This document shows positions 55,374-64,000 of a DNA stretch of 64,000 nt, piece after piece. The position numbers and the translations under genes were made by a program. Each line of letters opens with the position of its first letter. Position 1 is the stretch's first letter. This DNA is from a bacterium (GTDB lineage: Bacteria; Patescibacteriota; Patescibacteriia; SBBB01): positions 24,957 through 88,956 of the forward strand of contig SBBB01000011.1 in NCBI GenBank assembly GCA_005239895.1, given 5' to 3'. The notes beneath the pieces were generated by a model. The model did not search any database, was not told where the DNA came from, and saw only the letters and a program-made list of their open reading frames with translations.

Positions 55374-57032
55374 TTAATTATCTTTACTTAACCATAACCA
55401 GCCTAGTTTACCATGTCTCGCGGCTAATTTCAAAAATACCTTGGTTGTTAAAACCGCTGAAAACATACTAATAACAATACCAATGGCTAGGGTTAAAGCA
55501 AAGCCCTGAACTATACTATTTCCAAACCAAAACAAAATACCAGCGGTAATTAAACTGCAAATATTCGCGTCTCTAATAGATAACCACGCTCTACCAAAAC
55601 TATCTTCAACCGCTATACCCAAATGTTTATTATTTTGCAATTCTTCTTTTAATCGCTCAAAAATTAAAATATTAGCATCTACAGCCATGCCCATAGACAG
55701 AATAAAGCCTGTAATTCCAGCTAGGGTTAAAGTAATTCCAAAAATTTTCAAAACTGCAAAAGTAATAATTCCATAAATTAATAAACTAGCCACAGCCACA
55801 GCACCGGGCAAACGATAATACAATAACATAAATAAAGCCACTAATAATAAACCAATCACGCCGGCGTTTAAACTTTTTTCTAAAGATTCCATGCCCAACG
55901 AAGATCCAATTGTATTTTGACTCACTAATTTAATTGGAACTGGCAAGGCTCCGGCATTTAATCTCTGGGCTAATAATTTAGCGCTTTCCAAATCAAACTC
56001 TCCAGATATAACCGCCTTACCATCACTAATCGCGCTTTTTACAGTTGGCGCGCTAATTATACTACCGTCTAAAACAATGGCTACGGGTTTTTCCAAATTA
56101 CGAGCTGTAATTTCTCCAAACAATTTCTTTCCCTCTTCGTTAAATTCCAAACTTACTTCCGGATATAAATTGCTTGAGCCGGAATTAAACTGAACCGATG
56201 ATTTTTTTAAATGTTGACCGTTTAATTGAGTTTTGACCCACTGTCGAGCTGGTTGTTCACCGGTTTTATATATTAAATGAAAACCAAACTCAGTTTCCAC
56301 TGGACCCACAATGCTAGAAATGCTTTGAGCCGCAACTGCGTCTGAAAACGATTTTACCATTTGATCGCCTGTAAACCAGCCTAAATCTCCACCACTTTTA
56401 TCAGCCTTGGGTTCCGTGGAATGCTCTTTAACCAACGCCACAAAATTGTCTTTAGTGGCTTTCAATTTTAATTCATTAATTTTTTTACTTGCTTCTTCTT
56501 TGGTAAAATCTTTCTCACAGCGCACAGCTCCTTTATAACAAATTAATAAATGATTGGCTTTAAATTCTTTGCCACTCTCAATGGTTTCTTGAAACTCTAA
56601 AAACGGAGTATCTCCAATTTGTTTAATAGCCGATTGCACATCTTTAAGTCCTGCCAAAGCAACCAAAACGCGCCATTTATCAGCTGATTTAACAGTTTGC
56701 ACTAAAGGCTCTTGAACTCCAAATAAATTCACGCGCCTTTCAATCACATCTCTAATACCGTCTAGAGCGCTGGCTCTATCAGCAGGACTAATATTTTTTA
56801 CATCAGCCTCATAAATCAATTCTACGCCACCTACCAAATCTAGACCTAATTTAAAAGGCATCAATATAAATGGTGTAGTTTTGGGCTGTAAATCTAAAAG
56901 AAATGTTTTTTCTAAATAATTGATAGATTTATAATAAAAAGCTGGATAATCTATAAAACCAGCTGCTAAAGTTAATAATAAAATTAAAGCAAAACTAATA
57001 CGTAATTTTGCTATGGATGTTAATTTAAGCAT
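55374..57032 (-). CDS. secD: protein translocase subunit SecD with an embedded parvulin-type PPIase domain
   Basis: SecD TM/periplasmic architecture. Residues ~170-260 contain KADKSGGDLGWFTGDQMVKSFSDAVAAQSI...GPVETEFGFHLIYK, a PpiC/parvulin signature. Confidence 0.88.
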   Translation of the reverse strand: MLKLTSIAKLRISFALILLLTLAAGFIDYPAFYYKSINYLEKTFLLDLQPKTTPFILMPFKLGLDLVGGVELIYEADVKNISPADRASALDGIRDVIERRVNLFGVQEPLVQTVKSADKWRVLVALAGLKDVQSAIKQIGDTPFLEFQETIESGKEFKANHLLICYKGAVRCEKDFTKEEASKKINELKLKATKDNFVALVKEHSTEPKADKSGGDLGWFTGDQMVKSFSDAVAAQSISSIVGPVETEFGFHLIYKTGEQPARQWVKTQLNGQHLKKSSVQFNSGSSNLYPEVSLEFNEEGKKLFGEITARNLEKPVAIVLDGSIISAPTVKSAISDGKAVISGEFDLESAKLLAQRLNAGALPVPIKLVSQNTIGSSLGMESLEKSLNAGVIGLLLVALFMLLYYRLPGAVAVASLLIYGIITFAVLKIFGITLTLAGITGFILSMGMAVDANILIFERLKEELQNNKHLGIAVEDSFGRAWLSIRDANICSLITAGILFWFGNSIVQGFALTLAIGIVISMFSAVLTTKVFLKLAARHGKLGWLWLSKDN

Positions 57033-57267
57033 ATTTTAATAATTGTAATATAGTACCAAACCGGGTTTTAAAAAGCAAGCATACCGGGTAAAAGTAGAAA
57101 GTTATGTAGAAAGTTATAAAGTTTATCAAGTTATCAAGCAGAATCTGGATGCCATTATAATTCACTGCAATCGCAAAATTAATTGACAATATAAATATAC
57201 AAGAACAATATAAAACTTGATATAAAAAAATATTGAAGTGTTGAAATTTACAAGACAACTTATTTAT

Positions 57268-57567
57268 CTAGTTTCGATCTAATTTTGCGCGCTGAAACTT
57301 TAAACGATCGAGCTGTACCAGCAATTTTATTTTTTCTTCTTTAAGTTTTTCTACTTCGGAGCGTACAACTGCTTGTCTTTCGTGTGTAAATTCACCAATG
57401 TCAAGTCTTTTTTGCCAATCAGCCCAAACCTGCTGAATCTCGGCATCTATTTTTTCAACCTGTGTATCCAAAACAGAAATGTCTCGATCTAAAATAAGAC
57501 GATCTGTTGAAATAACCGGCTCTGGTTCTGTTATTCCGACCTCTGATCTTTCTGATCCTTCTCTCAT
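57268..57567 (-). CDS. coiled-coil hypothetical protein (99 aa)
   Basis: Heptad-rich ORF, somewhat GC-richer than the flanks. No assignment. Confidence 0.4.
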   Translation of the reverse strand: MREGSERSEVGITEPEPVISTDRLILDRDISVLDTQVEKIDAEIQQVWADWQKRLDIGEFTHERQAVVRSEVEKLKEEKIKLLVQLDRLKFQRAKLDRN

Positions 57568-57790
57568 AATTTTAATTACCTGCTAATTAATACAGGTAGT
57601 ATTAGTAATATAAGTTAATATAACATATACTATAACATTTTACTCTTTTTGCCTAGAGATACTATAAATAATTAAAATTACTATACTGACAAAAAACCTA
57701 CTTAGTGGCAAGGCGACTAAGTTTACTAATACGGTTGTTTATTATATAAAATATGCTATAATTAATAAACTAATATTTAAGTTTTAATAT

Positions 57791-59125
57791 ATGAATATTT
57801 TTACGTCTTCGTTAGTTTTATTTGTAACCCTGTCTCTGGCTTTACCAAGTGCAGCGTTTTCTGCGGAAGTTGCTGCAACCACTACAAAACCAGTTATAAA
57901 AAAAGGATTTTGCGTTGATATTTTAAAGCAACAAACAGTAATAAATAAAGAAATAAAAGATCAACAATCTAATGAAACGAACAAAATCAAAAAAACAAAT
58001 AATTTTTTCAAACAACAAACTAGGAACCAAAAAAATATTCTAAACACGCTAAAAACTGATACAAATAAATTATTTGCAAGACTAGAATCTCGGGCTAGCA
58101 CTGAAGTCCATAAAAACGCCTTAAAGCAAAGCAAAGATAATACTATAAAAATGATTGAGGAAAGGATAGTATCTGTTACGACCAGCGCTAAAGAACTTGA
58201 AGATACAGTGCAAAAGTTACTTGATGATCGAAAACCAGTGTTTGATAATGCTTTGAATAATTATAAAACAAATTTACAAAACAATGCTAAAACAGCTGAA
58301 ACCCAGTGTGCCAATAAAGCTGATGAAGCAAAAACCAAAACAGATTTCACGGCTGTAAACAAAAAATACAAAACAAGTTTCACTTCAGATATGACTACTT
58401 TGGGGAATCTGGATAATTTAATTAAAATAACTGAAAAAACACATAAAATAAAAACAACTGATCAAATTCAAGAATACAAAAATGCTGTTGAAAACTATAA
58501 AATCAATCCCTCAAATCCAACCCTGTCATCCGACGGGGCACGCACCACACCAACACCAACACCAACGCCAATCCCGACACCTACTCCTACTCCGGTTTCC
58601 ACCCCTACTCCAACCCCAACCCCAGTTCCTACTCCTACACCCACACCAACTCCTACACCAGTGCCAACCACCACGCCCACACCAACTCCGACGTCCACAC
58701 CCGTTCCAACCCCCACACCCACGCCTATACCAACGCCAATAACTCAACCAGAAATAGATCTTGAGCTACAATCCGTTTCTGTATCACCTGAGGGTAGCGC
58801 ATATTACATCAGCTTATATTTATGTGTTAAGGGTTCCAAAAGCATAAATGATATTAAAGCAACTAACACAAATATAACTGCCTTACCAATAGATTATCTT
58901 ACTTATACTACAGACAGCGTGCCCCACAAAACAAAGTTGTCGGGCGTTTCTTATCTTGATACCCTAAAAAGTGGAGGCTGTAGTAATATGGGAACCATGA
59001 TGTATAATAGTGATGCTATAACGCGTTTCAAGAATACCAAAAAAATAACAGTTACACTCGATGAAGCAAATCAAATCCCAGAAACTAATGAAAATAATAA
59101 TAGTAAAACCTTTATAGGTAATTAA
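57791..59125 (+). CDS. secreted surface protein with (Thr-Pro)n linker and C-terminal CARDB-like domain
   Basis: Signal peptide ([25 protein letters not shown]), a Lys-rich helical region, an ~65-aa PTPTPTP linker (58545-58740), and a C-terminal ...[15 protein letters not shown] ending. Confidence 0.65.
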   Translation: MNIFTSSLVLFVTLSLALPSAAFSAEVAATTTKPVIKKGFCVDILKQQTVINKEIKDQQSNETNKIKKTNNFFKQQTRNQKNILNTLKTDTNKLFARLESRASTEVHKNALKQSKDNTIKMIEERIVSVTTSAKELEDTVQKLLDDRKPVFDNALNNYKTNLQNNAKTAETQCANKADEAKTKTDFTAVNKKYKTSFTSDMTTLGNLDNLIKITEKTHKIKTTDQIQEYKNAVENYKINPSNPTLSSDGARTTPTPTPTPIPTPTPTPVSTPTPTPTPVPTPTPTPTPTPVPTTTPTPTPTSTPVPTPTPTPIPTPITQPEIDLELQSVSVSPEGSAYYISLYLCVKGSKSINDIKATNTNITALPIDYLTYTTDSVPHKTKLSGVSYLDTLKSGGCSNMGTMMYNSDAITRFKNTKKITVTLDEANQIPETNENNNSKTFIGN

Positions 59126-59140
59126 AATATTATATTTTGG

Positions 59141-60397
59141 TTATTCTTGACGCTTAATAACTGCTCCTAGTTTGTTAAGCCTATTGGCTATATCTTCATA
59201 ACCTCTTTCAATTTGATAAATATTATCAATAGTTGTTTTGCCGCGTGCAACTAAACCAGCTAATACCAAAGCCATGCCAGCGCGAGCATCCGGGCTGATA
59301 ATTTCACGTCCATACAATTTTGTAGGACCATTAATTACAACTCTGTGTGGATCACACATAATAATTTTGGCATTCATGGAACTAAGAATATCCGCATAAA
59401 ACAATCTACCATCAAAAATAGTTTCATGAATTAAACTTAATCCTGTGGCTTGGGTCATTAGTACTGCGTAAGGAGCTTGTAAGTCCGTAGGAAAACCAGG
59501 ATATTGTTGGGTGGTAACATTAACAGCTTGTAAATTTTTAGCTTTTAAAACTTGAATATAATTTTTACCAATTTTAAAATTAGCGCCAACCTGCTGTAAA
59601 ATCGTTAATACTACATCTATATGCTCAGGGATAATATTCTTAACCAATAAAGAGCTGCTATTTAACACTCCAGCTATAACCAATGTTCCGGCTTCAATTC
59701 GGTCCGGCATTATAACTGCACTACTGGCGTTTATTTCTTTCACACCATCAATGGTAATGGTATGCGTGCCCTGCCCTTTTATTTTTGCTCCCTGTTGATT
59801 AAGATAATCTGCTAAAAAAGCTATTTCGGGTTCCATCGCAGCGTTTTTAATAATGGTTACACCTGGAATTAAAACCGCGGTCATCATAATAGTTTCCGTT
59901 ACCGTAACACTAGCTTGAGGTAAAACTATTTTAGCCCCTTTTAATTTACAACCAGTCACAAAATAATATTTTTCATTTTTAGTAACTTTGCAACCTAAGG
60001 CCTTAAAACTTTCTATAAAAAGATTAATGGGGCGCTGACCAATGCGACAACCACCAGGAAGAGGTATTTTAACTTCTCCAAAACGAGCTAACAAAGGACC
60101 GCTTAAAATTACAGACGCTCTAAACTTCCCTGAAATTTCTGAATTCAAAATAGTTTTATTTACAGAACTAGTATCAATTGTATATTCGTTTTTATTAATA
60201 CGCTGGATTTTACCACCCAAATCTACAATCAACTCAATCATGCGACGAATATCTTCAATATCAGGAACATTTTTTAAATGCATTATTTTTTTAGAAAGTA
60301 CAGCTGCTGCTAGAAATTTTAAAGCGGCATTTTTAGCTCCACCAATACTTACCTCCCCTTTTAATTCATGTTCTCCTTCAATAATAAATTTAAGCAT
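59141..60397 (-). CDS. murA: UDP-N-acetylglucosamine 1-carboxyvinyltransferase
   Basis: 418 aa with the N-terminal EGEHELKGEVSIGGAKNAALK motif and the active-site Cys region (GGCRIGQRPI). Confidence 0.95.
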   Translation of the reverse strand: MLKFIIEGEHELKGEVSIGGAKNAALKFLAAAVLSKKIMHLKNVPDIEDIRRMIELIVDLGGKIQRINKNEYTIDTSSVNKTILNSEISGKFRASVILSGPLLARFGEVKIPLPGGCRIGQRPINLFIESFKALGCKVTKNEKYYFVTGCKLKGAKIVLPQASVTVTETIMMTAVLIPGVTIIKNAAMEPEIAFLADYLNQQGAKIKGQGTHTITIDGVKEINASSAVIMPDRIEAGTLVIAGVLNSSSLLVKNIIPEHIDVVLTILQQVGANFKIGKNYIQVLKAKNLQAVNVTTQQYPGFPTDLQAPYAVLMTQATGLSLIHETIFDGRLFYADILSSMNAKIIMCDPHRVVINGPTKLYGREIISPDARAGMALVLAGLVARGKTTIDNIYQIERGYEDIANRLNKLGAVIKRQE

Positions 60398-60469
60398 AAT
60401 TTGAAAAATTTAGTTACACATTACCCAATATATTACGGAATTTAATTAATTCTGTCTAGGATAGCAATA

Positions 60470-60512
60470 CTTGGAAGTCGGACTTCCACTTGGAAGTCCG
60501 ACTTCCAAGTCA
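60470..60512. repeat. tandem pair of 15-nt palindromes (GGAAGTCGGACTTCC, GGAAGTCCGACTTCC) each preceded by ACTT
   Basis: Read directly from the sequence between the murA start and the GC-rich rRNA-like segment. Confidence 0.7.
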
Positions 60513-60574
60513 ACCACATTTAAAACAAAAGCCAGTAAAGTACTTTTGTTGTTTAAAAGTAATACTGGCTCATA

Positions 60575-61105
60575 AATAATGAATTGGTGGGGGCGGTGGT
60601 TTACTGTTCTTGCAAGCGTTGTTGACAACGATCGTCACGACAGCGCTAAACCGCCCCCATGTGCGAGAAGACATAACCTTTGCTCGCACCACAATGTAAT
60701 AATGAAATGGGGTGGATGGGTTTTGCTTTGTTATCAAGCGTGTGTTGGTGACGTGTTTTGGGGAACCACGGCAACACTAAACCCATCCTGCACGACTCAG
60801 TCAAATGTAAAACAGGTGTTCGCTCGCCACTAATAGCCTCACTTGACTGATTTTTCGTACCCCCAAAATAATCGGGACGGGGTGGTTTTGGGCCAGGTTT
60901 GTTACTGATGACTAGCACCAGAAACACGGACCTGAAACCACCCCTGTGCAATGCAATCCACGCGCAGCCTTCTACACGGATCAACCCGATGCCTATGACT
61001 GGGTTGTATGGCCACGCTTGCAATAATCGCGCATTGCACCCCTTCGATAAAGAAGCGATCTCTCCCAACCGCTTAGGGCACTCTAGAGAGAATGCTGTTT
61101 TTTTT
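60575..61105 (-). rRNA. 23S rRNA 5'-domain(I)-like fragment; truncated pseudogene or rRNA-derived structured RNA
   Basis: ORF-less, conspicuously GC-rich ~0.5 kb. The minus-strand reading contains UUAGUGGCGAGCGAAC, GGGGUGGUUUCAGG, UUGAUCCG and AAGAACAGUAAACC in the order of conserved LSU domain I elements. It ends in a GGGGGCGGU/ACCGCCCCC hairpin. No further rRNA sequence follows. Based on recall of LSU consensus, not on a search. Confidence 0.4.
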
Positions 61106-61314
61106 GCGAAAATCACTCAAAACGCAAAAAAACAAGAGATCACCTTAACACAACGAAGCTTTTTTCTTTCTATTTCCACTACTAACGCCACGTTGTGTTC
61201 TCTATCGTAAAAATCTCATCCTAAAAACATGATAATACATCATAACATATAGAATATTTTTTGTCAACCCCCACAATTTGTTCCCAAACCTAATCAGTGT
61301 TATAATAATAATAT

Positions 61315-62040
61315 ATGAAACTAGTATTTGACATTGAAACCGTTGGCGATGATTATGATTCTCTTGATCATGCCACCCAAGAAAATCTTATAAAATGGAT
61401 TAAAAAAGAAGCTGCTAATGAAGAGGATTATAATGAATTACTGGAAGAACTAAAAAATAATCTAGGATTCTCGCCTTTAACCGGAAGAATCGTAGTGATT
61501 GGTATTTTAGATGTCATCCAAAATACCGGAGTCATATACTACGACACCGACAATCCAGCCAACCCGCCACCTGATATTACGGAAGATAATTTTAAATTCA
61601 AGTGTGTTTCGGAAAAAGAAATGTTAGAAAAATTTTGGAAAGGCGCAGCTCAATACCAAGAATATATAAGTTTTAACGGCAGAGCTTTTGATGTTCCTTT
61701 TATTATGATCAGATCTGCGATTCACCACATTAAACCCACTGTGGATTTAATGGCGTATCGTTTTATAACCCTACCTAAAGTTAGTTCTAAAAATATTGTA
61801 CACATTGACCTCCTAGATCAATTATCATTTTACGGAGCTGTAAAAAGAAAACACAATCTACATTTATGGTGCCGCGGTTTTGGAATTAAAAGCCCTAAAG
61901 CCGATGGAATTACAGGAGACGACGTGTCTCGCCTTTTTAAAGAAAAAAAATTTATCGAAATCGCCAAATACAACACACACGATTTAATCGCGACTAAAGA
62001 ATTATACGAGTATTGGAATCAATACTTAAGAAATATTTAA
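61315..62040 (+). CDS. RNase H-like 3'-5' exonuclease-family protein (DEDD/PolB-exo-like), tentative
   Basis: The N-terminal LVFDIETVG (Exo I-like DxE) and later acidic motifs suggest a DEDD exonuclease fold. 241 aa. Confidence 0.45.
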   Translation: MKLVFDIETVGDDYDSLDHATQENLIKWIKKEAANEEDYNELLEELKNNLGFSPLTGRIVVIGILDVIQNTGVIYYDTDNPANPPPDITEDNFKFKCVSEKEMLEKFWKGAAQYQEYISFNGRAFDVPFIMIRSAIHHIKPTVDLMAYRFITLPKVSSKNIVHIDLLDQLSFYGAVKRKHNLHLWCRGFGIKSPKADGITGDDVSRLFKEKKFIEIAKYNTHDLIATKELYEYWNQYLRNI

Positions 62041-63236
62041 GGCTCTAATTTTAAATAAATGTGATCTGTAATGCCGGGCACATTCGTTACCCAAAACGGA
62101 GATAATTCAATTCTTACATTTTTTATTTCTTTAAAATTTTGTAGATACTTTGTAACCCAATCTGGACTTTTGTTAGCCAAATCTTCTTTGCGAATTAGTT
62201 CTATCACATTTTTGGATAAAATGTCCACATTAACTGTAACATCTAATTTTATTTCTTCTTTATTATCCATAGACAACACCCTGGTTACAACTGTACTTTT
62301 GTCTATACCCATATATTGCGTACTGGGATTATCTTTACTTATTCTAGTTTTTATAATTTCTTCCAGGTCTTTAAAATTAAAAGCAACATTATTAACTTGC
62401 GCCCCAATCTTTACTGTAAAATCCTTAGCTGGCATTCCAACTACAGGTTTTGCATCCACAGATTGTATTTCAACTAATCTTAGATCTTCAATAACAATAT
62501 CATCAGGATTTAATGTTTTTTTAAATTCCGCTGTGCCATTACTTAAGGCCTGTTTAACTAGAATATTTTCCGCTAATTTAATATCTTCTTTAGTAATTAT
62601 TTTAATGGTTTGTTCTATATTTTGACTAGTAGTATTACTGGTTATTTGGGCCTGAGATATTAATTCTCCGTAAATTTTAGATTGCAAACCTGTAAATAAC
62701 CCAGGGATGGTCAAACGTCCACTTGTCACTGAACTTTCCAGTAAGGGTTTATCGGAACGAACCGTAACTTCTATCTTACCATTGGCTGGAACAACCACCC
62801 CACTAACCAATCTAAATAATTTATCGTCTTTGGTTAAAAATCTAGTTTTAACTACTAAGGGTTGCGATTTGGGTGTTTTATTAAAAATAATAATATTTTT
62901 TTCTAGAACCCTAACGTCTTCTTTACCGCTGGGCATAAAAACACCCTCTTCATTCACAATTTTAGAAACAAAAGTACCAATTATTGTATTTTTATCACTA
63001 ACTATGCCGGCTGGTTTGGACATAACGGAAACCTTTAAACTAATAGGCACTTTCTGAACATTAGCAGTTATGAAAATTTCCGCCTTAGCCAAATAAAAAT
63101 ATAAAATTATAATGATTAATAAAGCAATGATTATAAAAAAAGTAACACTGATTTGTTTGTAAATATCAGTATCGCCAGAGGAACGATCACGCTGATTTCT
63201 TTTACTTCTTTCTAATTGTTGTTTTAAAGTTAACAT
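62037..63236 (-). CDS. membrane-anchored hypothetical protein (399 aa)
   Basis: N-terminal TM segment (VTFFIIIALLIIIILYFYLA) then a large soluble domain. No assignment. Confidence 0.45.
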   Translation of the reverse strand: MLTLKQQLERSKRNQRDRSSGDTDIYKQISVTFFIIIALLIIIILYFYLAKAEIFITANVQKVPISLKVSVMSKPAGIVSDKNTIIGTFVSKIVNEEGVFMPSGKEDVRVLEKNIIIFNKTPKSQPLVVKTRFLTKDDKLFRLVSGVVVPANGKIEVTVRSDKPLLESSVTSGRLTIPGLFTGLQSKIYGELISQAQITSNTTSQNIEQTIKIITKEDIKLAENILVKQALSNGTAEFKKTLNPDDIVIEDLRLVEIQSVDAKPVVGMPAKDFTVKIGAQVNNVAFNFKDLEEIIKTRISKDNPSTQYMGIDKSTVVTRVLSMDNKEEIKLDVTVNVDILSKNVIELIRKEDLANKSPDWVTKYLQNFKEIKNVRIELSPFWVTNVPGITDHIYLKLEP

Positions 63237-63271
63237 ATAAAAAAAATTTAAAAATTTAAGATTTAAGCTAC

Positions 63272-63325
63272 AAGCTAAGAAGCTAAGAAGCTAAGAAGCT
63301 AAGAAGCTAAGAAGCTAAGAAGCTA
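63272..63325. repeat. 8-nt microsatellite (AGCTAAGA)x6.5
   Basis: Perfect tandem copies between the dnaE stop and the start of the 399-aa gene. Confidence 0.85.
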
Positions 63326-64000
63326 ACCCTGAGCACCTAAACGCACTAAGGCCTGGTTAACAGTTTCGTGACTAAGTTCGTAAGCTGAAATACAGGTTAA
63401 TTTTACTTCATCATCTTTATGAAATATTTCTGCCTTCATTATAACACAGTTATCTTTATTCCACAAACTAGTGTTAATATTTAAAATTTTAGGGAAAACC
63501 ACAACCTCAACTTCCGAAAATTTATCAGCTAATTTTGCAAAAAGCATTTGTTCATTTTTTTTAGTAATAATCTTTTTTACGGAACTTAATATACCCGCCA
63601 CAATAATTTGCGCGCCATCCACATAATTACTAATATCAATTAAACGTATAGTAGCATTTTTAATAATTTCATAAAAATCCATAAACGGGTGCGCTGAAAT
63701 ATATAAACCCAAAAACTCTTTTTCCCAAGCTAATTTTTCCTGTTTAGTAATTTGAACTTCGGGTTGAGATGTAAAACCTAAAACCGCATCATTCGAATTA
63801 TTTTTAGAATTATCACCACTTCCACTATTATCACTCGCACTACCTGAATGATCATTATCTAACCAATCAAATAAACTTTCTTGTTTACTTTCTTTATCTT
63901 TTAAATAATCTTTATGATATTGCAATAATTTATCCAAATTAGAAATCATCAAACCCCTGTCAGCCAAAGTATCTAAAGCGCCACTTTTAATTAAACCCTC
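63323..64000 (-). CDS. dnaE: DNA polymerase III alpha subunit, C-terminal portion (5' end outside window)
   Basis: The reading frame is open to the window edge. EGLIKSGALDTLADRGLMISNLDKLL... and EKEFLGLYISAHPF are DnaE C-terminal motifs, followed by an OB-fold region. Confidence 0.8.
   Translation of the reverse strand, partial: EGLIKSGALDTLADRGLMISNLDKLLQYHKDYLKDKESKQESLFDWLDNDHSGSASDNSGSGDNSKNNSNDAVLGFTSQPEVQITKQEKLAWEKEFLGLYISAHPFMDFYEIIKNATIRLIDISNYVDGAQIIVAGILSSVKKIITKKNEQMLFAKLADKFSEVEVVVFPKILNINTSLWNKDNCVIMKAEIFHKDDEVKLTCISAYELSHETVNQALVRLGAQG

Noticed and set aside
57025-57258. 77-aa minus-strand ORF upstream of secD
   Set aside because: It lies in an AT-rich spacer full of the GTAGAAAGTT-type repeats. 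The peptide is Phe/Ile/Tyr-rich, as expected from AT-rich noise. There is no RBS.
58482-58747. Three overlapping ORFs (58482..58742+, 58495..58722-, 58526..58747-) giving poly-GV/poly-CRW peptides
   Set aside because: They are alternative-frame readings of the (ACNCCN)n Thr-Pro linker-coding repeat of the 444-aa surface protein.
60590-60665. tmRNA candidate, because the minus strand reads GGGGGCGGU...ACCGCCCCCACCA (tRNA-like acceptor plus CCA)
   Set aside because: The two strands are only ~65 nt apart, forming a simple hairpin. There is no T-arm (GGUUCGAAUCC-like), no tag reading frame and no pseudoknot region. It was treated as the terminal hairpin of the rRNA-like fragment.
60575-61105. 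RNase P RNA or SRP RNA as the identity of the GC-rich segment
   Set aside because: I could not find the P4 strings (GGAAAGUCCGG / ACAGAAnCCGGCUUA) or the SRP domain IV GGAA/AGCAGC motif on either strand, whereas several LSU domain I strings are present. A covariance-model search is still needed.
60579-61210. ORF-track ORFs inside the GC-rich segment (60579..60833+, 60646..61116-, 60899..61210+)
   Set aside because: They overlap each other in several frames, have no RBS, and appear only because high GC removes stop codons. The segment carries rRNA-like motifs instead, so they are not called as CDS.
63272-63325. CRISPR array
   Set aside because: The unit is only 8 nt and there are no spacers. 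It is a microsatellite. No CRISPR-like repeat-spacer structure occurs anywhere in the window.

Overview
This is a low-GC (~30% by eye) bacterial chromosome segment that is very gene-dense on the minus strand. The gene content looks CPR/Patescibacteria-like, which is an inference from short core proteins with low-complexity extensions, a giant type IV pilin and many surface-glycan genes. Core content, all minus strand unless noted:
- The str/S10 ribosomal cluster rpsL-rpsG-fusA-tuf-rpsJ-rplC-rplD-rplW-rplB-rpsS-rplV, with rplV truncated at the window start.
- A run-on chaperone/ATPase operon grpE-dnaK-dnaJ-atpD-atpC-ferredoxin followed by two orphan genes.
- pepA, valS, a beta-propeller surface protein and gyrB.
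- A second ribosomal/alpha cluster infA-rpmJ-rpsM-rpsK-rpsD-rpoA-rplQ then rplM-rpsI, with tpiA convergent on the plus strand.
- A large glycosylation/cell-surface block: GT4, GT2 x4, UXS-like epimerase, cytidylyltransferase, subtilase, FtsW/RodA, secD/secF and tRNA-Asp.
- murA, an exonuclease-like gene, and the C-terminus of dnaE at the window end.
Things worth a second look:
- A ~0.5 kb GC-rich ORF-less segment upstream of murA whose minus-strand reading carries 23S rRNA domain-I-like motifs but has no rRNA continuation.
- A compositionally atypical patch at 46.3-50.4 kb (CDGSH protein, 115-aa and 482-aa orphans with visibly higher GC). It is bounded by a MITE-like repeat and by copies of a 34-nt CGATCG-centred palindrome that occurs four times in the window.
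- A second higher-GC, translationally coupled orphan gene pair at 21.4-22.4 kb.
- An rpoA whose C-terminal domain is replaced by an AT-hook-like tail.
- A SecD carrying an embedded parvulin PPIase domain.
- A 769-aa type IV pilin with Cys-containing LVIVD-like repeats.
- Several families of short hairpin/tandem repeats in leaders and intercistronic spacers.
No CRISPR array, transposase or integrase was seen.
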